Shown one piece after another: positions 1 through 9,813 of a DNA stretch of 64,000 nucleotides. The notes under the pieces were generated by a model, which saw only the letters and a list, made by a program, of their open reading frames with translations, searched no databases and was not told the DNA's origin. The position numbers and the translations under genes are program-made. The stretch is taken from the IMG/VR virus record IMGVR_UViG_3300014204_000122, positions 1 to 64,000 of that record; one strand, written 5' to 3'. Source of the stretch: a virus (lineage: Duplodnaviria > Caudoviricetes). Positions within the stretch are counted from its first letter, which is position 1. The number at the start of each line of letters is the position of its first letter.

Positions 1-38
1 GGAAAAGAAAACGAAATTTTGAATTAAAAAATTAAAAA

Positions 39-287
39 ATGTATAGTGAAAAATTAATTAAAGAAGTAAAAGAATGCTATCCAAATTATGAAAAAATTCA
101 CCAATTGGTAGATGAAGGTAGTGTTTGGCTTGGTGAATATTTAAGTGGAACTTACGGTGGTATTCCGTTAGATACGGTATTAACTGCTTTAACACTTGAA
201 GAATTACAAAATTTAGCAAGACTAGAAAAAAGAAAAATAAATTGCTATAAAATGTGGTGTGATGAAGATCCTAGAAAAAATAAATAA
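39..287 (+). CDS. hypothetical protein
   Basis: 82 aa ORF with A-rich leader in a co-oriented small-gene block. Confidence 0.75.
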   Translation: MYSEKLIKEVKECYPNYEKIHQLVDEGSVWLGEYLSGTYGGIPLDTVLTALTLEELQNLARLEKRKINCYKMWCDEDPRKNK

Positions 288-304
288 TTTAAAAAACAAA
301 AACA

Positions 305-619
305 ATGAATTGGATAGAAAAAGAAAAATTATTTGCTGACTTTTTAAATATAAAAGTAAGTGAGTTTTCTTGGAAAGATAAAACCCATTTAATATATGGT
401 GATGGTGATAATAGTTTTAAAGATATAACTTTTTTTCAATTAAATTGGGATTTAGTAATATTTGCTGCTGAAAAATTTAGCAATTTAGATATTCAAAAAG
501 ATAAAGTTTATTATCAACATTTTTGTGATAATAATAAAGCCTCTATAACATCTTTTAACTTACAACAGGCTGTAAAAACAATTTCTGAAAGTATAGAGTG
601 GTATAACTCGTTTACATAA
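305..619 (+). CDS. hypothetical protein
   Basis: 104 aa ORF, tightly packed with neighbours. Confidence 0.75.
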   Translation: MNWIEKEKLFADFLNIKVSEFSWKDKTHLIYGDGDNSFKDITFFQLNWDLVIFAAEKFSNLDIQKDKVYYQHFCDNNKASITSFNLQQAVKTISESIEWYNSFT

Positions 620-715
620 ACTTATTTATTTCCTAGAATAAAAGCTAAATAACATAGTTTTTCTTAAGTTTAAGAAAAGATAATAGATTCAAATAATTTT
701 ATAAATATTGTAGAT

Positions 716-1378
716 ATGGAAAACGCACAAAACTTACCAGATAAATTATCAGGTTTTATTAATCATTCGGGTGGTGCAAAAGGTGGAGATATGTTTTGGG
801 ATAAAGAAGGTAGAAGATATGGAGTTATAAACCATAATCATTATACGGTAACTTATTATGACAAATTACCTGAAATAGAAAAAAATAATTTAAATACTCA
901 ATATGTTGAATCAGTTAATTTTTTAAAAAGAGGTGTTATAAATCCCTTATCATATGCAGGCAGATTAGTTAGAAGAGATATGATTCAAGCTAATAAAGGG
1001 GATGCTATATTTGGAATTACCGAATTAGTTAAATCAGGGATTGTAGGGAGAAAAGGATACGTAAATAAAAACAAATATTCTATTCCTGAAGGAGGTACGG
1101 GTTATGCAATAGCTAGGGGAATTTTATTAAACAAACCAACTTATGTTTTTAATCAATCTAATTTATATGGCAATGAAATAGGTTGGTATAAATGGGATTA
1201 CGAAATTAAAGATTTCATTTCTACTGATATTCCTGTTTTAACTATAAATTTTACTGGAATAGGAACTCAAGAAATAAACGAAATAGGTAAGCAAGCCATT
1301 AGAGATGTTTATAGTAAAACTAATGCGACAATAAACAAAATAAGTAAAATAGTTAACGATAAATTAAAAAATAAATGA
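716..1378 (+). CDS. SLOG/YspA-like nucleotide-binding protein (putative)
   Basis: HSGGAKGGD, RRDMIQA...DAIF and GGTGYAI motifs resemble the SLOG superfamily Rossmannoid fold. Confidence 0.55.
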   Translation: MENAQNLPDKLSGFINHSGGAKGGDMFWDKEGRRYGVINHNHYTVTYYDKLPEIEKNNLNTQYVESVNFLKRGVINPLSYAGRLVRRDMIQANKGDAIFGITELVKSGIVGRKGYVNKNKYSIPEGGTGYAIARGILLNKPTYVFNQSNLYGNEIGWYKWDYEIKDFISTDIPVLTINFTGIGTQEINEIGKQAIRDVYSKTNATINKISKIVNDKLKNK

Positions 1379-2379
1379 AAAAAATAATATGTTTATATCA
1401 TAGTGCTGATTTAGATGGCTGGATGAGTGCAGCAATTGTTAAACTATGGTATGAAAAAAATTATCCTAATGGAGTTTGCTATTCAAATCCTTATAAAGGA
1501 GATGGTTCTGTTATTGCTAATAAAGAAGATGAAGAATCTTTAACCTTTTTTGGATTTAACCATGGAGACGAAATACCAAGTGTAAAAACATATGATACAA
1601 TAATAATGTGTGATATAATTTTTAACCCTTTAGTTATGGTTGTGTATAATACAACTAAAAATTTTATATGGTGTGATCATCATATTTCTTCTATTGAAAA
1701 AATGGAAGGTATTGTTATTAAAGGTCTAAGAGATACTAACTTTGCCGCGTGTGAACTTACTTGGAAATATTTCTTTTCTAACGAACAAATGCCAGAAATA
1801 GTACGATTACTTGGCAGATATGATTGTTTTGGACATAAAGGAACTCATGAAGAAGAAAAAATTATTGAATTTCAATATGGAGCAAGACAATGTATTAGTA
1901 ATTATGAAGAAGCTTATAAATATTTAAAAAGAAATATTGATGAAATGTTTAGAAGTGATAAAAATGTTATTTTGGAAGTTTTATGTAAAGGAAAACCCAT
2001 TTATCAATATCTTTGTATCGAGGCTAAACAAAGTTATAAAAACGGCTTCGTTATAACTTTTGATAATCCAAATTATATTAAAAGAGGTATAGGAGGTTCT
2101 ATGATAATGGATTCTGATAATAAAAAAGTAAATTTTATATGTATAAATAAAGAACGATTTAACCCAATTAACTTTAATATAGATTATCATAATGATGGTT
2201 ATGATGGAGTAGCTGCATTTTATAATGATGGTAAAAACTGGAATTTTTCAATATACAGTGATGGTATTACAGTTGATTGTTCAAAAATTGCTGAAACCTT
2301 TAAAGGAGGAGGTCATAAAGGAGCATCAGGATTTATTATAAAAGATATTAATGAATTTTTCAAACAATACAAAAATTAA
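1375..2379 (+). CDS. DHH/DHHA1 family phosphoesterase
   Basis: YHSADLDG, WCDHH and C-terminal GGGHKGASG motifs. Confidence 0.9.
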   Translation: MKKIICLYHSADLDGWMSAAIVKLWYEKNYPNGVCYSNPYKGDGSVIANKEDEESLTFFGFNHGDEIPSVKTYDTIIMCDIIFNPLVMVVYNTTKNFIWCDHHISSIEKMEGIVIKGLRDTNFAACELTWKYFFSNEQMPEIVRLLGRYDCFGHKGTHEEEKIIEFQYGARQCISNYEEAYKYLKRNIDEMFRSDKNVILEVLCKGKPIYQYLCIEAKQSYKNGFVITFDNPNYIKRGIGGSMIMDSDNKKVNFICINKERFNPINFNIDYHNDGYDGVAAFYNDGKNWNFSIYSDGITVDCSKIAETFKGGGHKGASGFIIKDINEFFKQYKN

Positions 2380-2383
2380 AATT

Positions 2384-2710
2384 ATGGAACCTACTCTAAG
2401 TAATCTTTCATCAACTAAACCTGAAGAAATGACGGATTTTGAAAAACTATGTATTGCTAATGCATATATTAAACAATTACGTAGAGAAAAAGGTGAACTA
2501 TTAGCTGATATAGATGAATTAGAGTATAAACTAAAAGAAGCTCTTAATCTCATAAAAGAATTAAATAAATTATCTATAGAAGAAAGGGTGGAAATAAAAA
2601 AAGATAAATTTTATGAAGAATTAAAAGAACAACTTAAAAATTTAGAAAAGAAAAATAAACAACTAAATAGATCAGTAGAAGAGTTAATTATAAAAAATCT
2701 TAAAAAATAA
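2384..2710 (+). CDS. coiled-coil hypothetical protein
   Basis: ORF 2351..2710; the ATG at 2384 follows the upstream stop; heptad K/E/L pattern. Confidence 0.7.
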   Translation: MEPTLSNLSSTKPEEMTDFEKLCIANAYIKQLRREKGELLADIDELEYKLKEALNLIKELNKLSIEERVEIKKDKFYEELKEQLKNLEKKNKQLNRSVEELIIKNLKK

Positions 2711-2812
2711 TTAATTTTTCTTATTTTATTAAAAAGGTTTTAAATGGAAAGATTAAAAGAATTAGCAGAATTATAAGTACATATTTACAAACAAATATAA
2801 AAAAACAAACAA

Positions 2813-3094
2813 ATGGATGAAAAATTATCAAAAGAAGTTTTGTTAAACTTAGGTTTTGAAGAAAATTTTGTTTCTAAAGAAGAATCAGGGGATTTTGCCT
2901 ATGCTTATTATACTTTAAATTTAGAAGATAACTCACGTGGTGAGTGTTTAATAAGCGATTCAGATGATAAAGCTGTAGATGGTTTTTTTCAAGTTTCTTT
3001 ATTTAGTCATGAAACGTTGGGAATTTGTTATACAAAACAAGAGGTAAAAGATTTATATAAAACCTTAAAAAGAAAAGAATTAAAAGAAAAATAA
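2813..3094 (+). CDS. hypothetical protein
   Basis: 93 aa ORF; the LSKEVLLNLGF start is common in small phage proteins. Confidence 0.7.
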   Translation: MDEKLSKEVLLNLGFEENFVSKEESGDFAYAYYTLNLEDNSRGECLISDSDDKAVDGFFQVSLFSHETLGICYTKQEVKDLYKTLKRKELKEK

Positions 3095-3095
3095 A

Positions 3096-3383
3096 ATGAA
3101 AAGTGAAATTTTAATAAAAAAATGTTCTGATACTTCTATGTGGTATGCAGATAAAATAGGACAACGTGTACCGTATATTAAAACTTTATTTTCTGAAAAG
3201 TGTTTTTTATCAAGAGAGGATGCTGGGTTTGTTAATGTTGTAAAGTTTGATGATGCAGAATTAGTTGTAAATTTTGAAAAAGAAGATAATTATATTGATT
3301 TTACAGCTAATATAGGTGTAGGTTTTTGCCCAGATTGTTTAAATAGTTATCAAAGTGAAGAACATAAATTAAATTGCAAATAA
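3096..3383 (+). CDS. hypothetical protein
   Basis: 95 aa ORF with WYADKIG and CxxC. Confidence 0.7.
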   Translation: MKSEILIKKCSDTSMWYADKIGQRVPYIKTLFSEKCFLSREDAGFVNVVKFDDAELVVNFEKEDNYIDFTANIGVGFCPDCLNSYQSEEHKLNCK

Positions 3384-3384
3384 A

Positions 3385-3705
3385 ATGATTGAAATTACGG
3401 AATCAAATTTTAGTGAAATTATCGAAAAAAGCGATAAATTAGTAGTAATAGATTTATGGGCTGAATGGTGTGGTCCATGTAAAGTATTGGCACCTATTTT
3501 AGAAGAAGTTTCTATAGAATATAAAGATAAGGATATACTTATTTGTAAGTGTGATATTGATAATAATAACGAAATTGCAATTAAATATTCTATTAGAAAC
3601 ATCCCAACTATTCTTTTTATTAAAAATGGAGAGGTAATAGATAAAATGGTAGGTGTACAATCAAGAGAGCAAACAACATTAAAAATTGATAGTTTATTAA
3701 ATTAA
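3385..3705 (+). CDS. trxA: thioredoxin
   Basis: WAEWCGPCK active site, cis-Pro motif IPT, 106 aa. Confidence 0.95.
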   Translation: MIEITESNFSEIIEKSDKLVVIDLWAEWCGPCKVLAPILEEVSIEYKDKDILICKCDIDNNNEIAIKYSIRNIPTILFIKNGEVIDKMVGVQSREQTTLKIDSLLN

Positions 3706-4481
3706 TGAAAAAAATTACAATAATTGGAGATATACATGGAAGAAGCATTTGGAAAGAAATTCTTCAAAAAGAGTTATCTGAATCAGATCTTATAATTTTC
3801 ACGGGAGATTATCATGATCCTTATCAAAATGAATTTAGTTTAAACGAACATTTTGTTAAAAAAAATTCTATTGAAAATTTAAAAGAAATTGTTAGAATAA
3901 AACAATTATATCCTAATCAAATTATTCTTTTGTTGGGAAATCATGATACTCATTATTTATATTTAGATATTCTTGATGGTTGCTCTAGATTTGATTTTGA
4001 AAACAGATCTGTTTTACATTCTATTTTTTCTAAAAATAAAGAGTTATTCCAATATGCTTATCAAATAAATAATAATTTATTTATTCATGGTGGCTTAACT
4101 AATTTTTGGTTAAATCACTATAGAGAAGAATTAATTAAACTTGGTTTAAAAGATGATTATTCTAACTTAGCAGATATTATAAATATTTTTGGTCATATAA
4201 ATAAAAACGGAATAGAAACTGTTAATGATATTGGCAGAAGCAGAGGTGGGTGGGCCCCTTATGGTGGCCCAACATGGGCTGATACTAGTGATTTGTTTTC
4301 TTCTTTTTTGTTTGATATTGAATTAAATCAATATGTGGGGCATAATAGATTTTTAAAAATTCAAAAAGTGACTGGAAGTGATATTAATATTCCTGATTCA
4401 AAAGCTACTATAACCTTTTGTGACGTATTAGGTGAAAAAGATTTAAAATTAGAAGAAAAATATCTTAAAATACTTATTTAA
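3705..4481 (+). CDS. calcineurin-like metallophosphoesterase
   Basis: GDIHG, GDYHD, GNHD, HGG and VGH motifs. Confidence 0.9.
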   Translation: MKKITIIGDIHGRSIWKEILQKELSESDLIIFTGDYHDPYQNEFSLNEHFVKKNSIENLKEIVRIKQLYPNQIILLLGNHDTHYLYLDILDGCSRFDFENRSVLHSIFSKNKELFQYAYQINNNLFIHGGLTNFWLNHYREELIKLGLKDDYSNLADIINIFGHINKNGIETVNDIGRSRGGWAPYGGPTWADTSDLFSSFLFDIELNQYVGHNRFLKIQKVTGSDINIPDSKATITFCDVLGEKDLKLEEKYLKILI

Positions 4482-4486
4482 AAATA

Positions 4487-4870
4487 ATGACAATGAACGA
4501 TATTTATACGTACGACACACACTATAATACTAGCAATTTAACATTATTAGACAAAATTAACATATGTATTCTAACACAATCTAAATGTTATGATTGGAGA
4601 GTTGATTTATTAAAAAGTGGTAGTTTTGCAAGAGAAAAGGTTGAAATGGATTTTGTTGAAATTTTAAATAAATTAGGAGAAAAAGATCATTTTACTATTA
4701 TTCATAGAAAAGGATATAATAGTTGGAAAGATAATGATTTTTTTGATAATAAATGGTGTTTAGAAGTAGGATTTACCACTTTTGAATCACCTGCTTATTA
4801 TTTATGGATTTATTGTAAAGAATCTTTTGTAGATGAATTAGTTGAAAAATTTAAGTTAGAAAAAAAATAA
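4487..4870 (+). CDS. hypothetical protein
   Basis: 127 aa ORF in operon. Confidence 0.7.
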   Translation: MTMNDIYTYDTHYNTSNLTLLDKINICILTQSKCYDWRVDLLKSGSFAREKVEMDFVEILNKLGEKDHFTIIHRKGYNSWKDNDFFDNKWCLEVGFTTFESPAYYLWIYCKESFVDELVEKFKLEKK

Positions 4871-4871
4871 A

Positions 4872-5339
4872 ATGATAAAATTTGATGTAAAAAAATATAA
4901 TTATTTAGGGTGTGTTGGACTAACAGTACCTGAACCTTGGAAGCCTATTGTATATGAAGCAATTCAAAAAATTGATAAAATTGTTAAACCTGTTTGGATT
5001 CCTAGAGTTCTTGTAAATAAAATTTGGATGCTAGGAACAGGTGAATCAATAGTTAAAGTTAAAAGTAAATTTTGGTATTTTATTTATCGAAAAATAACAA
5101 AAAAAATACTTATTAAAGATATAAAAATCAAGTTTGCTGGTTTAAGAATATACGGCGATTTTAACGAAGAAATAAATAAAATAGTAAGTGAAGCAGTATC
5201 AAAATGTGATAAAACATGTGAATATTGTGGTTCTATAGATAAAGTGCGTCGAGTAGAAATTAACAGATGGGTACGTAATGTTTGTAAAAAGTGTGAATCT
5301 AAAGAAAGAGGAAAATTTAAAAATAAAAACAACAAATAA
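4872..5339 (+). CDS. conserved phage protein with C-terminal zinc finger
   Basis: IKIKFAGLRIY followed by CEYCG...CKKC. Confidence 0.7.
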   Translation: MIKFDVKKYNYLGCVGLTVPEPWKPIVYEAIQKIDKIVKPVWIPRVLVNKIWMLGTGESIVKVKSKFWYFIYRKITKKILIKDIKIKFAGLRIYGDFNEEINKIVSEAVSKCDKTCEYCGSIDKVRRVEINRWVRNVCKKCESKERGKFKNKNNK

Positions 5340-5340
5340 G

Positions 5341-5577
5341 ATGTTTAAAAATATTTTTAAATTTAACAAAAAAGCAAAAAAAGATCATGATATTAATATG
5401 TATTGTATGAAGTGTGGCATTCACATAACTAAGGATAACATTAAAGATGAATGTAGTCACATATATGGTGGTAAAGATAATATAGGAAAGTATGAAGAGT
5501 ATCGCGAAAAATATGTCAAAAATATGATGACTCGTGAACAACTTGATACAATCTTAAAAACAAGTAATTTAAAATAA
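5341..5577 (+). CDS. hypothetical protein
   Basis: ORF 5278..5577; likely start at 5341 after the upstream stop; CMKC motif. Confidence 0.6.
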   Translation: MFKNIFKFNKKAKKDHDINMYCMKCGIHITKDNIKDECSHIYGGKDNIGKYEEYREKYVKNMMTREQLDTILKTSNLK

Positions 5578-5579
5578 AC

Positions 5580-6194
5580 TTATTCCCACCCTAAACTTTC
5601 CAATTGTTCTTTAAGAAGTCCCATGTATTCATAACCTATTGCTGTAAAACTAGATTCTGGTAAAGCTTTCTTACTCAAAAAACAACTTATAAAATCACTA
5701 CCTTCTGAAGTAGGATCATAAAACATAAATAAACCATTTTTTTTTGCTACTTCTTCACAAATTTTAGCCATATCTTCAGAATAACTTTCATCTGCCAACA
5801 AACTTAAAGAGAGGTTTACTTTAAACTTACGAAAAGCTTTCTTTGCAGTTTTAATAAATTCGTTGGTATCTTTCCAATCAGCACCAAACCATTCTATATC
5901 TTTATCAATATCTATACCTTTTTCTTTAAGTTTATCTAGGGTTTTATCTTTTATTTTAAAACCAGGAAAGTTTTCTTCCACATAATTATTTAAAAAACTA
6001 CAAACGTCATAATTCCCCAAATCACCAAAAAAATAAACTATTTTATTTTCTTTATCTATTTCTATAATATTTTTTAACCTTTCATCTATTTTAATAGGTT
6101 TAAAATATTTAGATTTGTAAACTTCATTATCTTCTAATATTACTTTCTTATTAACAAGCTTCTCTAATTTTTCTATAAGTACAATAATGTTCAT
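5580..6194 (-). CDS. LIEKLEK-leader family protein (putative internal head protein)
   Basis: N-terminus MNIIVLIEKLEKLVNKKVILE and the next ~60 aa are shared with 18035..18748; lone minus-strand gene in a plus-strand block, preceded by ATATTTA. Confidence 0.6.
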   Translation of the reverse strand: MNIIVLIEKLEKLVNKKVILEDNEVYKSKYFKPIKIDERLKNIIEIDKENKIVYFFGDLGNYDVCSFLNNYVEENFPGFKIKDKTLDKLKEKGIDIDKDIEWFGADWKDTNEFIKTAKKAFRKFKVNLSLSLLADESYSEDMAKICEEVAKKNGLFMFYDPTSEGSDFISCFLSKKALPESSFTAIGYEYMGLLKEQLESLGWE

Positions 6195-6284
6195 TTTATT
6201 AAATTTCTTTTATTTAAATATAAGTTTTGCTAAAATTTTTCTTATTTTTATAATCCAAACACATTAAATTTAAAATAAAAACAT

Positions 6285-6995
6285 ATGGAAAAATTCGCTG
6301 TTAAACTACCTAATGGTATAAAAAGAGAAGAAAAACTTAAAGAAGTAGAAACAATTATAGGAGATAAATTAGACATAAACTCAGATAGAAAAAATATTAT
6401 TTTTTTTGAAGATGGATCTTATACTGATAATTTATCAATTTATGGTCTTGATAATTGTGATGTTTATTATTTAAGAGGGGATCGTACAATATCTAAAAAA
6501 GTAGAAAAATTGCTTAAACAATGGGCCGAAATGGAGGAACCTTGTTGTGAAAATTGGATAGAAGATGATGAATGCTGTTGCAACGATTGTAATTGCGAAA
6601 AAGATAGTAACAAAAACAAATGTTGTAACAATTGTAATTGTGAAAATCATAGTGATAATAGTGATGAAAAAATAGAAGAGTTTAATTTAAAAATAGAAAA
6701 ACTTTTAAATAGTTTATTTTGTAAAAGTTTTCCTAGTTTTTTTACAAATAAGACAGAAGAAAAAAAAAGATTTGCTGAAATAACTTTAAACAATGGAGAT
6801 AAAAAATTATTGTCTAATAGTGATTTGAAATTATTAAAAGATTGTTTTGAATTATCTTCAAAAGTAAAACAAACTCTTCCTTTAAATGAACTAGGTTCTT
6901 TATATTGTGATGACGTTAAGGGTGAAATAATTTTTAGTAATGTAAAAACACCAATTACTATTGATGATATAAATGTCGCAATAAACCTTATTTAA
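6285..6995 (+). CDS. hypothetical protein with Cys-rich insert
   Basis: 236 aa; CCENW...CCCNDCNC...CCNNCNC tract. Confidence 0.75.
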   Translation: MEKFAVKLPNGIKREEKLKEVETIIGDKLDINSDRKNIIFFEDGSYTDNLSIYGLDNCDVYYLRGDRTISKKVEKLLKQWAEMEEPCCENWIEDDECCCNDCNCEKDSNKNKCCNNCNCENHSDNSDEKIEEFNLKIEKLLNSLFCKSFPSFFTNKTEEKKRFAEITLNNGDKKLLSNSDLKLLKDCFELSSKVKQTLPLNELGSLYCDDVKGEIIFSNVKTPITIDDINVAINLI

Positions 6996-7001
6996 AAAAT
7001 A

Positions 7002-7409
7002 ATGACAAGAGTAGATATTATAGAGGTAGATAAAGAAAAGAAATATACTTATTATTTTGAAGAATTAAAAGAAGAATTAAAAAACCTTTCATATTCTTTT
7101 TACCATAATTATAAAGATGTTGAAGATAAAATTCAACGATTATGTTCTTATATCTTAGCTAAAGCATTATCAGAATTTAATTGTTCGGATGAAGAAAAAA
7201 AATATGCTAAATTAAATACTTGTTTTGCTAATCATAGTGTTAATGTTCAATGTGGTAATCTTTTTACGGCGTGTTTATTGTTCAATTATTACGTTCCTTT
7301 TGAAATTACCAAAACATATAGTAAATCAGAACCTTTAAAACTCAGAGATGGTAATGAAATATACTATGATTTTGATATTTGTGATTACAAGCTTAGGTTA
7401 AAACTTTAG
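7002..7409 (+). CDS. hypothetical protein
   Basis: 135 aa ORF. Confidence 0.7.
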   Translation: MTRVDIIEVDKEKKYTYYFEELKEELKNLSYSFYHNYKDVEDKIQRLCSYILAKALSEFNCSDEEKKYAKLNTCFANHSVNVQCGNLFTACLLFNYYVPFEITKTYSKSEPLKLRDGNEIYYDFDICDYKLRLKL

Positions 7410-7419
7410 TTATTTTTAA

Positions 7420-7451
7420 TTTGGTTGGTAGAATAATTATTCTTATTTTTA
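7420..7451 (+). promoter_or_regulatory. Bacteroidota-type -33/-7 promoter
   Basis: TTTG(7420)-N20-TATTTTTA(7444); the Bacteroidota consensus is TTTG-N19-21-TAnnTTTG. Confidence 0.6.
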
Positions 7452-7480
7452 GATTTTAAAAAACAAATTAAGTATAAAAG

Positions 7481-8077
7481 ATGAAAATTAAAAATCATAA
7501 GAAAAGAGAATGGTGGTTTTACCCTTGTGAAGGATCAAAACTAAATAAAGAAAGATGTTATATTTTTAAATACAAATCTGATTTAATAAAATTTTTAACA
7601 GCCAATTTAAGTGAATCTGTTAACGGAATGGTTATGTTAGAAGAAAAAAGTTTTAATCGTTCTGGTGCTTTAAGACAATGGAGTGTATGGTATAACGATA
7701 AAAAATATCAAAGTGGAGCTGATTTAAAGGCAGAATTAAGACAAGTAGATTTTAGAGGCAAAAAATACATATCAAAATCACATAAAATAAGTAAAGAAGA
7801 TAAAAAATATTTTGCTTATTCAGATAAAGTAATATCTTTAATGTGTCATATTCAAGATGAAAAAGGTAACGTTTTACCTAAAGATGCTAAAAGATTATAT
7901 AATCTATTTATAAAACGTGGATTTAAAGATTTTGAGCCGACAGATGATGATTTAAAATATATTAATGGACATATTTCTGACGGCATTGATTTTTTTCATT
8001 GGTCAGATAGATGCAACTGGTTAAGAACTAAAACTATTATTGAATATTTTAAAAGAAAAAACCTTTTAATTAGTTAA
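7481..8077 (+). CDS. hypothetical protein
   Basis: 198 aa ORF downstream of the promoter motif. Confidence 0.75.
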   Translation: MKIKNHKKREWWFYPCEGSKLNKERCYIFKYKSDLIKFLTANLSESVNGMVMLEEKSFNRSGALRQWSVWYNDKKYQSGADLKAELRQVDFRGKKYISKSHKISKEDKKYFAYSDKVISLMCHIQDEKGNVLPKDAKRLYNLFIKRGFKDFEPTDDDLKYINGHISDGIDFFHWSDRCNWLRTKTIIEYFKRKNLLIS

Positions 8078-8092
8078 AAAACATTTAAAGAA

Positions 8093-8362
8093 ATGAAACA
8101 AATAGATTCAAAGAAAATAAGACGTTCCATGAAAGCTTTTTTTATTAAAGAAGATTGGGGATACGAAAATACTATTACGAAAGTAGAAGTTTTTGAAAAA
8201 GAAAATGAATTAGAAGTACTTATTGAAACTCATTGTCCTGGTATTTTAATAGGTAGAATGGGGAGAACGATAGATGCTTTAAAAGAATGGTTAGAAAAAG
8301 AAGAGGAAAAGGTAATTAAAATAAATCTACAGGAAAATCTCATGTGGTGTGATCTTTATTAA
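8093..8362 (+). CDS. stand-alone type II KH domain protein resembling the N-terminal domain of ribosomal protein S3
   Basis: IETHCPGILIGRMGRTIDALKEWL parallels the uS3 pattern IhTarPGivIGkkG; no S3 C-terminal domain. Confidence 0.75.
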   Translation: MKQIDSKKIRRSMKAFFIKEDWGYENTITKVEVFEKENELEVLIETHCPGILIGRMGRTIDALKEWLEKEEEKVIKINLQENLMWCDLY

Positions 8363-8372
8363 AAAATAAGAA

Positions 8373-8786
8373 ATGAAATTAAATTATAGAGAAGTTAAAA
8401 AACTAACAGATATTGAAAAAGATGATATTATTACTATAACTGGAGATCGTTTAAAAGATAAATCTTTTAAAGTACAAATGGTAAAAACAACTAAAAAAGA
8501 CGGTGTAGAAATAATATTTAACTTAGGGCAAAATCTTTTTTTTAATTTAGGAATGTATCTTGAAGGGAAATCATGGGTTAAAGAATGTAAAGTTTGCGAT
8601 AGTAAAGAAAAAGTGTTAAGGAATACAATTCAGGACATTTATAAATATTTAGATGTAATTGAAATCTATTTAAAAGAAGAACATTATCATGAAACAGATA
8701 AAATACAGCAAAAAGAGGATTATTTTTTATATCAAGAAGCAAAAAAACTTAAATCTAGATTAAAAAAATTTAAAACAAAAAAATAA
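8373..8786 (+). CDS. hypothetical protein
   Basis: 137 aa ORF. Confidence 0.7.
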   Translation: MKLNYREVKKLTDIEKDDIITITGDRLKDKSFKVQMVKTTKKDGVEIIFNLGQNLFFNLGMYLEGKSWVKECKVCDSKEKVLRNTIQDIYKYLDVIEIYLKEEHYHETDKIQQKEDYFLYQEAKKLKSRLKKFKTKK

Positions 8787-8917
8787 TGATAGCAACAATA
8801 ACCTTAACAATTATTATAGTAGGATGTATATATTATAGACCTGCAATAGAAAAAACAAAAGAAGGAGATTTTTATCTTTTTTATGGAAATAAAAAAAGAA
8901 AATATATTAAGTTTTAA
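8786..8917 (+). CDS. small membrane protein (not in ORF track)
   Basis: 43 aa MIATITLTIIIVGCIYYRPAIEK...; TAATG overlap with the upstream stop; fills the gap. Confidence 0.6.
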   Translation: MIATITLTIIIVGCIYYRPAIEKTKEGDFYLFYGNKKRKYIKF

Positions 8918-8921
8918 AAAC

Positions 8922-9122
8922 ATGAATGTAATTTTTGTTTATTTTAAAAACAATAAAATAAAAATTCTTGATATGGATTGTTCAAAAGATGAACATATTC
9001 AAATGATAGAAGAAGGATGGAAACATACTGCTTCTTTGAATCCTTGTATTTTTATTGAAAACTTGTTTAATAATTCCAAAAACATAGAAAGTGATATAAA
9101 AGAATTATCTAAAAAACAATAG
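8922..9122 (+). CDS. hypothetical protein
   Basis: ORF 8883..9122; start moved to ATG 8922, after the small ORF. Confidence 0.6.
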   Translation: MNVIFVYFKNNKIKILDMDCSKDEHIQMIEEGWKHTASLNPCIFIENLFNNSKNIESDIKELSKKQ

Positions 9123-9123
9123 A

Positions 9124-9528
9124 ATGAATAGAGTAATTAAATTTAGAGGATATGACGATATAGCTGATACCTGGTGTTATGGTGTTGGAATTTTTATAGA
9201 TAAAAGAGGAAACTATATTTTACTTTTAGATAATTACTTTACAGTTATTATTAACGATCCTCAATCTATTGGACAATTTATAGGTATATATGATAAAAAC
9301 AATAATGAGATATACGAAGGTGATATAATTACTTTTACAAGATATACAGGCGATTGGCAATCTCCTAAGCCACGTAATTTGTTAACTACAACTCATACTG
9401 TAGTTTTTGATAAAGATTTATGTCGATTTGGGTTATCAAGCACAAGTAGTGATACTCAAAAATTAAGAAAACATTCGGGTTACATTTATGAAATTATAGG
9501 AAATACATTTGAAAATGGACAAAAATAA
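9124..9528 (+). CDS. YopX family protein
   Basis: IKFRG, GQFIGIYDKNNNEIYEGDI and EIIGNTFEN signature. Confidence 0.9.
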   Translation: MNRVIKFRGYDDIADTWCYGVGIFIDKRGNYILLLDNYFTVIINDPQSIGQFIGIYDKNNNEIYEGDIITFTRYTGDWQSPKPRNLLTTTHTVVFDKDLCRFGLSSTSSDTQKLRKHSGYIYEIIGNTFENGQK

Positions 9529-9802
9529 AGAAAATACATCTATACTTCTTTGTAGTTGTGGGTCTGCAGAGCATCAAATAATTATATACAAAGATGAAAA
9601 CTTTTCAGATAATTATAAAGAAGTTGTTTTGTGTCCTCATTTAATTACACATAAAAATATTTTTAAAAGAATATTAGTTGCTGTTAAATATATATTTGGA
9701 TATAAATGTAAATATGGTTCATGGGATAATCTTATAATAACAACCGAAAATTATCAACCTTTAAAAGAAGCAATTGAATTTCTTGAAAATAACAAAAATT
9801 AA
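9509..9802 (+). CDS. conserved phage hypothetical protein
   Basis: CSCGSAEH...FKRILVAVKYIFG. Confidence 0.7.
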   Translation: MKMDKNKENTSILLCSCGSAEHQIIIYKDENFSDNYKEVVLCPHLITHKNIFKRILVAVKYIFGYKCKYGSWDNLIITTENYQPLKEAIEFLENNKN

Positions 9803-9813
9803 AAAAATATAAA

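Noticed and set aside
2744-2776. Ten-codon micro-ORF MERLKELAEL after a promoter-like motif
   Set aside because: Too short to support without expression data.
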